Assembly: GCA_043745805.1 (NCBI GenBank) | Contig: JAYTSD010000008.1 | Location: 128,001 to 192,000, forward strand | DNA: 64,000 nt | Origin: Fibrobacteria bacterium | Lineage (GTDB): Bacteria; Fibrobacterota; Fibrobacteria; UBA11236 | Direction: 5' to 3' | In this document: positions 1 through 9,035 of the stretch, in pieces | Layout: each line of letters opens with the position of its first letter | Numbering within the stretch: the first letter of the stretch is position 1 | Translations under genes and position numbers: made by a program | The notes under the pieces: model-generated | Told to the model about the DNA's origin: nothing | Databases searched by the model: none | What the model saw: only the letters and a program-made list of their open reading frames with translations

Positions 1-2
1 AT

Positions 3-971
3 GCCATTTTGCTTACATCAGGATTAGGTGGCGGTACCGGAAGTAACGTAGCCTTTTTAGGTAATCTATTGCGTCGCTTTAATTTACCCATTTTAATTAT
101 GTCCACCTTGCCTACGAATACCGAAAGTGCATTGTCAAAAATCAATGCCTTGCGGAGTATTAATAAATTGGTAGCTGAAAATTTTGACTCCTGCATTCTT
201 ATAGATAATGAAAAAATTCTTTCTCAATTTCCCGATAGTAATTTATCCACTTTTTATCCGCAAGCGAATGAATATGCCGTGCGTACGTTTACGCATTTCA
301 ATTCTTTGTCTACCGAATTTGCCAGCAAAAGCTTAATCAGTTTTGACAATGAAGATTTTAGGAAAGTATTATTTTCACGGGGTATTCTTATTTATGGCGA
401 AACCGAAATTGCTGCCACCGAAATTTCCACCCTCGATGAAATTTTACCTCAGCTAAAATTAATCTGGGAAAATGGCGGCCTAATGGCTGAAGGCTATAAT
501 TTTACTAGTGCGGCTGTGGGTGCAATTAGTTTTTATGCACCTTCGGAAATTCTTCAGAAAACGTCCAGCCGATTTTTAAATCAATTAGGAGAGGACTTTA
601 AAGCTTTAACCAATGGAGCTACTTGTTATTTTGGCCTTTATGAAACACCTCCCGGAACGAGTACGGTAAAAATAAGTTCCATGCTGGGACGCTTATCCAT
701 TCCCATTCGTTTACAAGAAATGTTAGCAGGCGCTTCAAGTGAAGGGCAAAACTTAAAGCAAAAGATTAACCAAGAGTTGCCCACTTTAGATATTTCCGCA
801 TTAGAAGATATGGAATTATTTTCTAACCGTTCCGAATCTCGTTCTGTGCGCTCACTAAAAGATACAGCCATATTAGCGCGCTCCGAAATTACCGCAGCCA
901 CGACTGTGGTTTTAGAAAACCGCCCATATAGCCCAGAAGAATATGTGCGCTTAAAAAAAAGCAGTACCTAA
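3..971 (+). CDS. FtsZ/tubulin-superfamily GTPase, non-canonical (CetZ/TubZ-like), 5' partial
   Basis: Frame is open to the window start. Tubulin signature GLGGGTGS (GGGTGS at 27-44), ILIDNEK motif and T7-like FDNEDF loop. Lacks the FtsZ PFxFEG motif (has LPTNTE). Confidence 0.8.
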   Translation, partial: AILLTSGLGGGTGSNVAFLGNLLRRFNLPILIMSTLPTNTESALSKINALRSINKLVAENFDSCILIDNEKILSQFPDSNLSTFYPQANEYAVRTFTHFNSLSTEFASKSLISFDNEDFRKVLFSRGILIYGETEIAATEISTLDEILPQLKLIWENGGLMAEGYNFTSAAVGAISFYAPSEILQKTSSRFLNQLGEDFKALTNGATCYFGLYETPPGTSTVKISSMLGRLSIPIRLQEMLAGASSEGQNLKQKINQELPTLDISALEDMELFSNRSESRSVRSLKDTAILARSEITAATTVVLENRPYSPEEYVRLKKSST

Positions 972-990
972 AAGCCATCCCCCTAACTTC

Positions 991-1018
991 AGTTGACGAG
1001 AAAAAACTCTTGTCAATT
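991..1018. other. Inverted repeat / hairpin after the tubulin-like gene (terminator or operator)
   Basis: AGTTGACGAG ... CTTGTCAATT, a 10-bp stem with G-U pairs. Confidence 0.3.
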
Positions 1019-1090
1019 CTGCCTATAAATAAATTGGTTATTCCGTCTTAAATAGCGTATAATAATTTTAGTTATTAGAGAGGACGCTTT

Positions 1091-1345
1091 ATGTTTATAC
1101 TCAGTCTTGTTTGCCTATTCAGTACTTTTGGTGGCATTCTGCTTGCGCAATCGTTGAAGGGTATGCTCATTTTTAAAATGGGTTTAGAGAGAGGGCAAAA
1201 ACTAATGTTTACCATTGGTATTGCCTCGGTAATTCTCGCGCTACTTTTAAGTGCATTAAGCAGCTGCCTCGCAGGAAGCATGGGGTCTTGTCATAAGGCA
1301 TGCCCTCCAGGACAAGGAATGGAAAGCTGTCCCCGTCACAATTAG
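1091..1345 (+). CDS. Small two-TM membrane protein with Cys-rich tail
   Basis: GAGAGG SD upstream, two hydrophobic segments, tail SSCLAGSMGSCHKACPPGQGMESCPRHN. Confidence 0.6.
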   Translation: MFILSLVCLFSTFGGILLAQSLKGMLIFKMGLERGQKLMFTIGIASVILALLLSALSSCLAGSMGSCHKACPPGQGMESCPRHN

Positions 1346-1417
1346 TTTTCAAATAAATTCATAATGTTATAATTATCACAATAATCATCATAAAAATCAT
1401 TTAAGGTAGGAGTATCC

Positions 1418-3322
1418 ATGTCCACGGAAAATAAAGAAGCGGAATTTGAACTCAAAATAGATACCACGCATATGTCTAAAGAAAAGGCCGAAGCCTTAAT
1501 GGTAGCTGAATCCGCGCGTGAAGCTAAATGGGAAAACCCTAGTTTTGCGGGTGGACTTTTTATGGGAAAATTTCAACCTGAACTTATTGTTCCTTTTCCT
1601 GAACAGGGTCCTGAAGATAAACTAATTGGTGATAAATTAATTGCTGAAGTTTCTGCATTTTTAAAAGCCAATTTAAATCCCGATGAAGTAGACCGTACGC
1701 GAGAAATTCCTAAAATCGTTCTCGATGGATTTACTAAAATGAAATTATGGGCCATGAAAATTCCAAAGGAATATGGCGGCTTAGCATTAAGCCAATATAA
1801 CTACAATCGAACCATTTCTATGGTGGCATCTTATTGTGGCTCAACAGCGGTGTGGCTTTCCGCGCATCAAAGTATTGGGGTACCCCAACCCTTAAAAATG
1901 TTTGGAACGCCAGAACAAAAGAAAAAATATTTACCCCGTTTTGCCGAAGGCGCTATATCCGCTTTTGCGTTAACCGAACCGGATGTTGGTTCCGATCCTG
2001 CAAAGATGTCTACCGAAGCCGTTCCCACTGCCGATGGTAAACATTATATCATAAATGGAATGAAGCTTTGGTGTACAAATGGACCAGTAGCAGATATACT
2101 AGTTGTGATGGCGCGCACTCCGCCCAAAATCAAAAATGGAAAAGAGATTGCGCAAATCACTGCTTTTATTGTTGAAAAAGGTACGCCGGGTTTAGAAGTG
2201 GCGCATCGCTGCGATTTTATGGGCATAAGAGCTATTCAAAATGGTTTAATGCGCTTTAAGGATGTAAAAGTTCCTGCGGAAAATATTATTCTCGGACCAG
2301 GTAAAGGCTTGAAATTAGCGCTTTCCACTTTAAATACTGGTCGCTTGACATTGCCTGCGGCAGCCGTTGGCATGGGCAAGCAATGCTTAAATATTGTCCG
2401 TAATTGGGCAAATGAGCGTGTACAATGGGGTTTGCCTATTGGTAAGCATGAAGCTATTTCCACTAAAATCGCCTATATGGCCTCTACTCAATTCGCTATG
2501 GAATCGGTGACTTGGTTAGCTTCCGCCATGGCTGATCAAGGTGGTTATGATATTCGCATAGAAGCGGCTATGGCCAAAATGTTTTGCTCCGAAGCGGCAT
2601 GGAAAATGATCGATGAAACGATGCAAATTCGTGGCGGACGTGGCTATGAAACCGCAGAGTCATTAAGAGGACGTGGTGAAAAGGCTATCCCTACAGAACG
2701 TATGATGCGTGACTGCCGTATTAACCGTATCATCGAAGGTACTACGGAAATTATGCATTTGTTCTTAGCGCGCGAAGCCATGGATCCCCATATGCAAGTC
2801 GCAGCGGAAATAGTATTGAAACATATTCCCATTGGCCGTAAAATCAAAGCCGGTTTGAAAATGGCAAACTTTTATAGCAAGTGGTATCCCAGTCAATGGG
2901 TAAATACCAGTCTCTTCCCAAGCTATAATGAATTTGGTCCCAAACTTTCACGCCATATGAATTATGTAGAAAGAACATCTCATCAATTAGCCCGTTCTAT
3001 TTTTCATGCCATGGGCATGTATCAAAACACACTTGAACGTAAGCAAGCTATGTTAGCGCGTATGGTGGATATTGGTACTGAATTATTTGCAATGGCCGCT
3101 ACTTGTGCGAGAGCCAAAATGCTTACCGAAAAAGATCCTAAAAACCCCCATCCTGTGCATCTCGCCAATTTCTTTTGCAAAGAAAGTCGTCGTCGCATAG
3201 AAATTTTATTTGCCGGCATCAGTGATAATGATGATCGTCAAGCCAATAAAATTGCCAAAAGCTTAATGGCGGGAGAATACAAATGGATGGAGAATGATAT
3301 TATTCGTTTATACGAAGATTAG
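1418..3322 (+). CDS. Acyl-CoA dehydrogenase (VLCAD/ACAD9-like)
   Basis: AFALTEPDVGSD, GMKLWCTNG, QIRGGRGY and RIIEGT motifs; AGGAG SD. Confidence 0.93.
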   Translation: MSTENKEAEFELKIDTTHMSKEKAEALMVAESAREAKWENPSFAGGLFMGKFQPELIVPFPEQGPEDKLIGDKLIAEVSAFLKANLNPDEVDRTREIPKIVLDGFTKMKLWAMKIPKEYGGLALSQYNYNRTISMVASYCGSTAVWLSAHQSIGVPQPLKMFGTPEQKKKYLPRFAEGAISAFALTEPDVGSDPAKMSTEAVPTADGKHYIINGMKLWCTNGPVADILVVMARTPPKIKNGKEIAQITAFIVEKGTPGLEVAHRCDFMGIRAIQNGLMRFKDVKVPAENIILGPGKGLKLALSTLNTGRLTLPAAAVGMGKQCLNIVRNWANERVQWGLPIGKHEAISTKIAYMASTQFAMESVTWLASAMADQGGYDIRIEAAMAKMFCSEAAWKMIDETMQIRGGRGYETAESLRGRGEKAIPTERMMRDCRINRIIEGTTEIMHLFLAREAMDPHMQVAAEIVLKHIPIGRKIKAGLKMANFYSKWYPSQWVNTSLFPSYNEFGPKLSRHMNYVERTSHQLARSIFHAMGMYQNTLERKQAMLARMVDIGTELFAMAATCARAKMLTEKDPKNPHPVHLANFFCKESRRRIEILFAGISDNDDRQANKIAKSLMAGEYKWMENDIIRLYED

Positions 3323-4794
3323 TTTTTCGTTTTAATTTTTTCGCTAAATCTTGGCTGCTGCAATAAAGCATTGAAGCAGCTATTCAAACTATCTAAAGAA
3401 AATACACCCGAACTTTCCAATAAGTCTTTTATGAATTTATCTGAAGAAGTTCCCGAATATTTGTTTATCAAACTTTGAAAATCATCCGATGTGAAATAAG
3501 GTTTTTTATTGTGGTATAAATCACGAATCAAAGAATAAATTGAATATTTCCCTTGCGACTGTTCATAGATATAGCGATCGATAATCATGGAGGCTTGCGC
3601 CCCTTTGGTATATACCAAATAAATAAAACCATTCGCATCGGGAAGAAATTTATAATCGCTATCTAAAGTTGAAAATAAATGATTGCGAATAATGGGATCT
3701 CGCAGCGATAAATTATGCACTGCGGGAAAGGAATCTAAATCTAAAACCAAATTATTTTTAAACAGCGTGTCCGAAATAAAACCAGCTTGATAAGCTAAAA
3801 GTAAACCCACATAATTAGCTAAGCCCTCTTTCCACCATGGATCATTAAGCTCCCCTTGATGCACGCCTACAAAATTATGCGTTAATTCATGCAAATGCAC
3901 CGCGGCATTATGGACATGTTCGGCTTTAATCCAATACCCTTGATCACCTTCTATGCCATCAAACAAAGGTGTAATACCTACGGAATAATTATCCCCAGAT
4001 AAACTTCCCAAAGAATCTTCCACCCAATTTAAGCATTTCGCTAATAGCAAATTTAAAGACGATAAGCTTGCACTATCCTCTGCTGTACGATAGGTGGTAA
4101 TGGTTTTACCGCGATGCATAAAATGAGAAACCTCCACGGGATTAATCACCGCACGTAAAAACATCAAAGCATAATTGTTCACAAAATGCGAATTCAAAGG
4201 TTGACCGACTAAAGTCATTTCCTTGGGAAGTTTAAACTCCACATTCGCATTCAATGCATAACGCCAATGACGGGCATAATCATTTCCTTGAAAGGGTAAC
4301 AGAAAAAAATAAGCCCCATCGATTAATTGCACATTGTCCCCAATTCCAGGAATAGGTAATCCAAATTGCTGCGAATTATTAGGCGCATAATCTATGGAAT
4401 ATAAAAGCTTGGTTAATCCTGCGGGAAAAACGATGAAGTGATTACTAAGCGTATCCGACCAAACCGAAGTATCGCGACCCATGACGATTTCTCCCCAAGC
4501 ATTCACGCCCTTAATTTGCGAAGCCTGTAAAGAGGGTAAAGGCAAAAGAGGATTGTCGGGATAAAAAGTTGGCGCTTGAAATAATAAAGGTTCCGCTTGC
4601 GGCCATTTTTCGATATCCATTTCAATATCACATTTGGCTTCAGGAGTTTGCGTTAATTTCACAATATAGCGAAGACTTTTTGTGGGGTTTTCAGTAACAA
4701 GGGTTTCCACGGAAGCGGTATCAAATACACATGCGGCCAAGAAAAGGCCCCAGCATATCACGAAAAACCGTTTCGAAAAAATTATTTTAACCAC
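3319..4794 (-). CDS. Gluzincin metallopeptidase (M1/M61-like), probable lipoprotein
   Basis: HELTH followed by WWKEG and YTKGA; lipobox-like LFLAAC. Start uncertain (GTG 4794, ATG 4821 or 4845). Confidence 0.75.
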   Translation of the reverse strand: MVKIIFSKRFFVICWGLFLAACVFDTASVETLVTENPTKSLRYIVKLTQTPEAKCDIEMDIEKWPQAEPLLFQAPTFYPDNPLLPLPSLQASQIKGVNAWGEIVMGRDTSVWSDTLSNHFIVFPAGLTKLLYSIDYAPNNSQQFGLPIPGIGDNVQLIDGAYFFLLPFQGNDYARHWRYALNANVEFKLPKEMTLVGQPLNSHFVNNYALMFLRAVINPVEVSHFMHRGKTITTYRTAEDSASLSSLNLLLAKCLNWVEDSLGSLSGDNYSVGITPLFDGIEGDQGYWIKAEHVHNAAVHLHELTHNFVGVHQGELNDPWWKEGLANYVGLLLAYQAGFISDTLFKNNLVLDLDSFPAVHNLSLRDPIIRNHLFSTLDSDYKFLPDANGFIYLVYTKGAQASMIIDRYIYEQSQGKYSIYSLIRDLYHNKKPYFTSDDFQSLINKYSGTSSDKFIKDLLESSGVFSLDSLNSCFNALLQQPRFSEKIKTKN

Positions 4795-4896
4795 AGCCAC
4801 CCATTTGTAAAAGGAAAACATACTTTGTTTCCTAAGGAAAATCACGACAGCAAATCATAGAATAAGACCACAGCAATATTTGTATTATGTTAGGAA

Positions 4897-6591
4897 ATGA
4901 TGTCTCTACTTTATAATAAAAAGCTTAAGCTATTTCTTTGTGTCTATTCATTGAATGTAATTTGCCTTTATGCCATGCCCATGGATATAAGCCTGCCGAT
5001 TTATGATTATCTCCATCGATTAGAAATGCAAAGTTTTATCTCTAAAGGGCATTTAAACTCTTTGCCACTGGCTAAAACGGAAATTCAAAATTTATTGCAG
5101 GAAGCAGAAGTAAATTCCGAAAAGCTTTCCGCGCATGAACTTGTGGAATGGGAATTGTATGCTAATGAATTTTTTCCGGAACGCCGCAAAAAAATCACAC
5201 CGCTTTATTATGCCGATTCCTCGGTGGAATTACAGGGCCAAGTAGAATATTATACCGGTGGATTTTATCGCGACTCTCTCCCCCATGCCGATGCCTTTGC
5301 CTTTGGAAGCTTTAATCCAACCCTTGAGGGGTCTTGGAATAAAAATTTAAACTTCATCGCTACGGCAGGAATTGGCCAAGAGAAATCGCATTATGCCCGC
5401 TTTCACGAAAATTATGATCCTCAATTGGGCATGCCTTATAATACCAGCCGTGCAGGAAAAAGCGATAGTGGAAAGGCACAAAAAGCGAGCACCTTTGATG
5501 ATTTCCGCACCGTAATTGGCTATGAATCCTCTTCCCTTCGTTTTGAAGCGGGTAATGACTGGAATCAATGGGGTCCGGGGCATTGGCAGCATTTAACCTT
5601 TAGTCAAAAGCCTTGGTTTTGGGTACAAGATTCCTTAAAAGCCTCTCCCGCCGCTAATTACGAAGGTTCCTCGCATCATGGATGGTCGCGTGCCGGAGAG
5701 TATCGCAGAGGTTACCGTTACCCAGGTGAATCATCACCCATGACACAAATACGTTTAGTATTTGGCGGCAAACGCTGGAAATACACTAAATTTATGGCAC
5801 AAAAAACAGGTTTATCCTCCGATAGTATAGCCTATATTATTGCCCATCGCTTAGACATTCGCGTCACCGATAATTGGAATATTGGCTTGCATGAATTGGT
5901 GGCCACCAGTGGACGAAATCCCGAATTAACCTATTTGATACCTCTAATCCCACTGAAGTATGCGGAGCATCAACTGGGAGACCGTGATAATATTGCCTTA
6001 GGATTGGATATGGAATATTATTTTTTAAATCGTGCGCGGATTTATGGTGAACTTTTTTTAGATGATTTTATTGATTTTCGACCTGACTATTGGGGCAATA
6101 AAATTGCTTTTATGCTTGGGTTCGAATGGCTAAATCCTTTTTGGAAAAACTCCCAACTATTCACCGAATATTCCCGTGTGGAACCGTGGCTATTTACGCA
6201 TCAGCGTTATAATAATCAATTGCAACACTTTGGATCCTTATTAGGAAGCGAGATTCCAGCCAACTCCCATATTTTACATTTGCAATTCAATCAGTTTTTG
6301 CCCGCACAATCCCATATAGGATTTGAGTATAGTTTTATGCAAAGAAATGTAATCGACCGAGGAAGCCTTGTTTTTGACGTTCATGCCGATAGTATAGACG
6401 GCACGAGTAAAGTTTTCCTCGGCCCTAATCCCGAAACCAGAAATAACTTTTCCTTGCTTGGTGGATATCGGTGGAAGCGCTATGTCGAACTGAATGCGGC
6501 AGCGGGTTATTTATGGGTTTCGAATTGGAAAAATAAAAATGAAGACTTATCTACACTCACTCTTGCGAGTGAGATTAAACTTCATTATTAA
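4897..6591 (+). CDS. Capsule assembly Wzi-family outer-membrane protein
   Basis: Signal peptide, IYDYLHRLE N-terminus, WGPG, AHRLD, DN and YGELFLDD motifs, terminal aromatic residue. Confidence 0.7.
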   Translation: MMSLLYNKKLKLFLCVYSLNVICLYAMPMDISLPIYDYLHRLEMQSFISKGHLNSLPLAKTEIQNLLQEAEVNSEKLSAHELVEWELYANEFFPERRKKITPLYYADSSVELQGQVEYYTGGFYRDSLPHADAFAFGSFNPTLEGSWNKNLNFIATAGIGQEKSHYARFHENYDPQLGMPYNTSRAGKSDSGKAQKASTFDDFRTVIGYESSSLRFEAGNDWNQWGPGHWQHLTFSQKPWFWVQDSLKASPAANYEGSSHHGWSRAGEYRRGYRYPGESSPMTQIRLVFGGKRWKYTKFMAQKTGLSSDSIAYIIAHRLDIRVTDNWNIGLHELVATSGRNPELTYLIPLIPLKYAEHQLGDRDNIALGLDMEYYFLNRARIYGELFLDDFIDFRPDYWGNKIAFMLGFEWLNPFWKNSQLFTEYSRVEPWLFTHQRYNNQLQHFGSLLGSEIPANSHILHLQFNQFLPAQSHIGFEYSFMQRNVIDRGSLVFDVHADSIDGTSKVFLGPNPETRNNFSLLGGYRWKRYVELNAAAGYLWVSNWKNKNEDLSTLTLASEIKLHY

Positions 6592-6613
6592 ACATCACCA
6601 TTAACGGCTTAAT

Positions 6614-8686
6614 TTATCCTGCTAAATGGAGTTCCGTAGCGGGATCTATTTCGAATTGAAAAGGACGTTGATGGCTTCCACTTTTAAGCGTAACCACTTT
6701 TACTGGATTCTTTTTCAATAAACTTTGTATCCGACGCGAGTTTAAATTATCGGCCATCGTGGTGAAAGAGAAGCGCTCTAATAAGCGATTTAATTTCCAC
6801 TCCGTGGAATCAATATTTACATAGTGCTGAAAGGACTTGAGCCAGCCGGCTTTAATGCGAGTCTGTTCCGTATCCAATTCCCAAGGATGAAAGTACACCA
6901 TGGCTGGCAAACCTTTTTGGTTTTTTTGTTCGATATATCTATCGGTTACACGATAAGGATACAAACGTAAATAACCGCCACCAGAAATAGGAATCACTTT
7001 ATTCCCTAATCCCAAAGTGGATAAAGGAACTTCTTTAATTGATCCGCCATTTTCAAAATGCATAACATGTGGTAGGCGATTAGGGTATTTAGCAATGCCG
7101 TAACGTTCTCGCTTTATGGGGAAAATGCTAGAATCGTATTCGATACCATATTTAGCTAAAATTTCTAAGGCCCATAAAGTACTTTCCACTATTGTGAAAT
7201 TACTTGCTCTATGCCCTATTACTTTTTGGGTACTGTATTTGGCTAATACTTCTAAAGACTTTGCCAAATCTTCTTCAAATTGCAGTGGAGTCATATTAGT
7301 TAATAAATTATGATAATACCCATGTGTGCCAATTTCATGGCCTTCGGCATCTATCATGCGCACTACTTCGGGAAAATGATCGGCCACCCAACCTAAAATA
7401 AAGAATGTGGCTTTGGTATCATGCATGCGTAGTAAATCCAATATTTTTTGCACATTCGAAACAATCCGCGTAGGTTGTAAATGCCAAGTTGAAGGAGGTA
7501 CTTGCTGTATCAAGTTATAAGCATGAAACCAGCATTCCACATCGATGGTCAAAAAATTGCGGATGGTTTGCTGAGGACGATGTAATTCCACCACTTTATC
7601 AAGATGAATTTCCTTTAACATTTTTTGCACGCGTAGATTAGAATTTTTTATGGAAACTCTGCCTCCACTTTGTTTTACACGATGCACTAAGTTAACGAGA
7701 AAACCTAAATCCTCGAGATCAAAATTCTCGTCCGTGTTAACCTGAATGTCTAAAGTTTTTTTGCCATTAAAGTCCAAATCTTTTAACTTGCGACTCAATT
7801 CCGAGGGACTACGACCCACCATAATCACAGACTTACGCGTTTGATGCATATGCACAGGGCTTAAGATTTTTATCCCGCCATGCTTTTCTTGATTATAAGG
7901 CTCAAAGCTCCATAACTTGGCCCGACGTAAACCCGCTAATTCTCTCGTCTCGCCTTCGAATTCAGGCTTGATAAAGAGATAGAGTACGGTATTGACAATA
8001 ACCCAAATTTCCAATTTTATCCATGAAAAAAAATTGCAGGCTGCTAAGCGATAAGAATAATCATAATGCATTTTCCGCACCACACTATCCATGGAGTCAT
8101 CATAACCTAAAACAATTTGCGCTAAGCCTGTCAGTCCGGGCTTAACATGCAAGGTACGGTCAATATAATGGGGCACGGATTTAGCATACTGTAAAGTAAA
8201 ATGCGGACGTTCGGGACGCGGTCCAATTAAGCTCATATCCCCACGTAAAATGTTTATGAATTGTGGCAATTCATCAATATGCAATGCGCGTAGCCATTTA
8301 CCAATTTTTGTTACCCGTGGGTCTAATCCTTTTTGGGCAAGCTGAGGTCCGCTTAGCTCAGCATCTAATCGCATACTGCGATATTTATAAATGGTGAATA
8401 TTTCTCCGCCATAATCTTGTAGACGTTGCGAGAGTATATAAGAGTCCATTCCCCCTGCCGCAGATCCCGATTTTGATCCTTTTTTTTTGGAACGGAAAAT
8501 TTGATAAGGACTAGCCCGACGATTCATTCCCACTCTTTGCTGCGTATAAAGCGCAGGACCGCGTGACTCTAATTTTATTAAAAAAGCGATTAGTGGATAT
8601 GTAACCACAAATATAAGGGTTCCAATCCATCCCCCAAATAAATCCAGTAGGCGTTTACTAACCAGTACAAGCAAGGATGGTTTCAT
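6614..8686 (-). CDS. Fusion of bacterial sugar transferase (monotopic PGT), STAS-like domain and XrtA/PEP-CTERM-type polysaccharide deacetylase (DUF3473)
   Basis: PGT motifs KRLLD, KYRSM, DPRVT, DELPQ and GDMSLIGPRP. Deacetylase motifs TIDVE, KATFFILGW, GHEIGTHG, GGGYLR and YFHPWELD. AAGGAG SD. Confidence 0.85.
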   Translation of the reverse strand: MKPSLLVLVSKRLLDLFGGWIGTLIFVVTYPLIAFLIKLESRGPALYTQQRVGMNRRASPYQIFRSKKKGSKSGSAAGGMDSYILSQRLQDYGGEIFTIYKYRSMRLDAELSGPQLAQKGLDPRVTKIGKWLRALHIDELPQFINILRGDMSLIGPRPERPHFTLQYAKSVPHYIDRTLHVKPGLTGLAQIVLGYDDSMDSVVRKMHYDYSYRLAACNFFSWIKLEIWVIVNTVLYLFIKPEFEGETRELAGLRRAKLWSFEPYNQEKHGGIKILSPVHMHQTRKSVIMVGRSPSELSRKLKDLDFNGKKTLDIQVNTDENFDLEDLGFLVNLVHRVKQSGGRVSIKNSNLRVQKMLKEIHLDKVVELHRPQQTIRNFLTIDVECWFHAYNLIQQVPPSTWHLQPTRIVSNVQKILDLLRMHDTKATFFILGWVADHFPEVVRMIDAEGHEIGTHGYYHNLLTNMTPLQFEEDLAKSLEVLAKYSTQKVIGHRASNFTIVESTLWALEILAKYGIEYDSSIFPIKRERYGIAKYPNRLPHVMHFENGGSIKEVPLSTLGLGNKVIPISGGGYLRLYPYRVTDRYIEQKNQKGLPAMVYFHPWELDTEQTRIKAGWLKSFQHYVNIDSTEWKLNRLLERFSFTTMADNLNSRRIQSLLKKNPVKVVTLKSGSHQRPFQFEIDPATELHLAG

Positions 8687-8736
8687 ACTGAAAGCTCCTT
8701 TTTGGGGTTGCTTAAGTTTAAGTATACTGATCGGAT

Positions 8737-8754
8737 ACGCAGTCTATAGTCCAA
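8737..8754 (-). promoter_or_regulatory. Possible sigma54 -24/-12 promoter of the fusion gene
   Basis: Minus strand TTGG-ACTATAGACT-GC (GG-N10-GC) about 50 nt before the ATG. Imperfect match to TGGCAC-N5-TTGC. Confidence 0.25.
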
Positions 8755-9035
8755 ATGGATGTCCTTTTTCCCGTTTAATTTTTTACGTTAAACGCATGTT
8801 TTCCCTGCCTAAAAGGTAGGTTGCTGAACATAGTACGTCAATTTTCGGGTGTGTTTATTCCGCATACAAATCAGCAATAAAAAGTCAAAAAATCGCAAAT
8901 CACTCCGGTTTTAAATATTTTTGATTAAAAAATAAGGTAAATGCGATTTTTTTAAGGCTCGATTTGAAAAAGGGCAAGCCAAAGGTAGCACTAATAACTT
9001 CCTAATTCCCTTAAAGCAAAGGGATTATTTATTAG

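Noticed and set aside
1280-1345. Heme-binding CxxCH motif in the small membrane protein
   Set aside because: The sequence is CHKAC, not CxxCH.
1355-1402. Fur-box-like ATAAT/ATTAT array upstream of the acyl-CoA dehydrogenase
   Set aside because: Spacing is one base short of the 19-bp Fur box and the region is extremely AT-rich.
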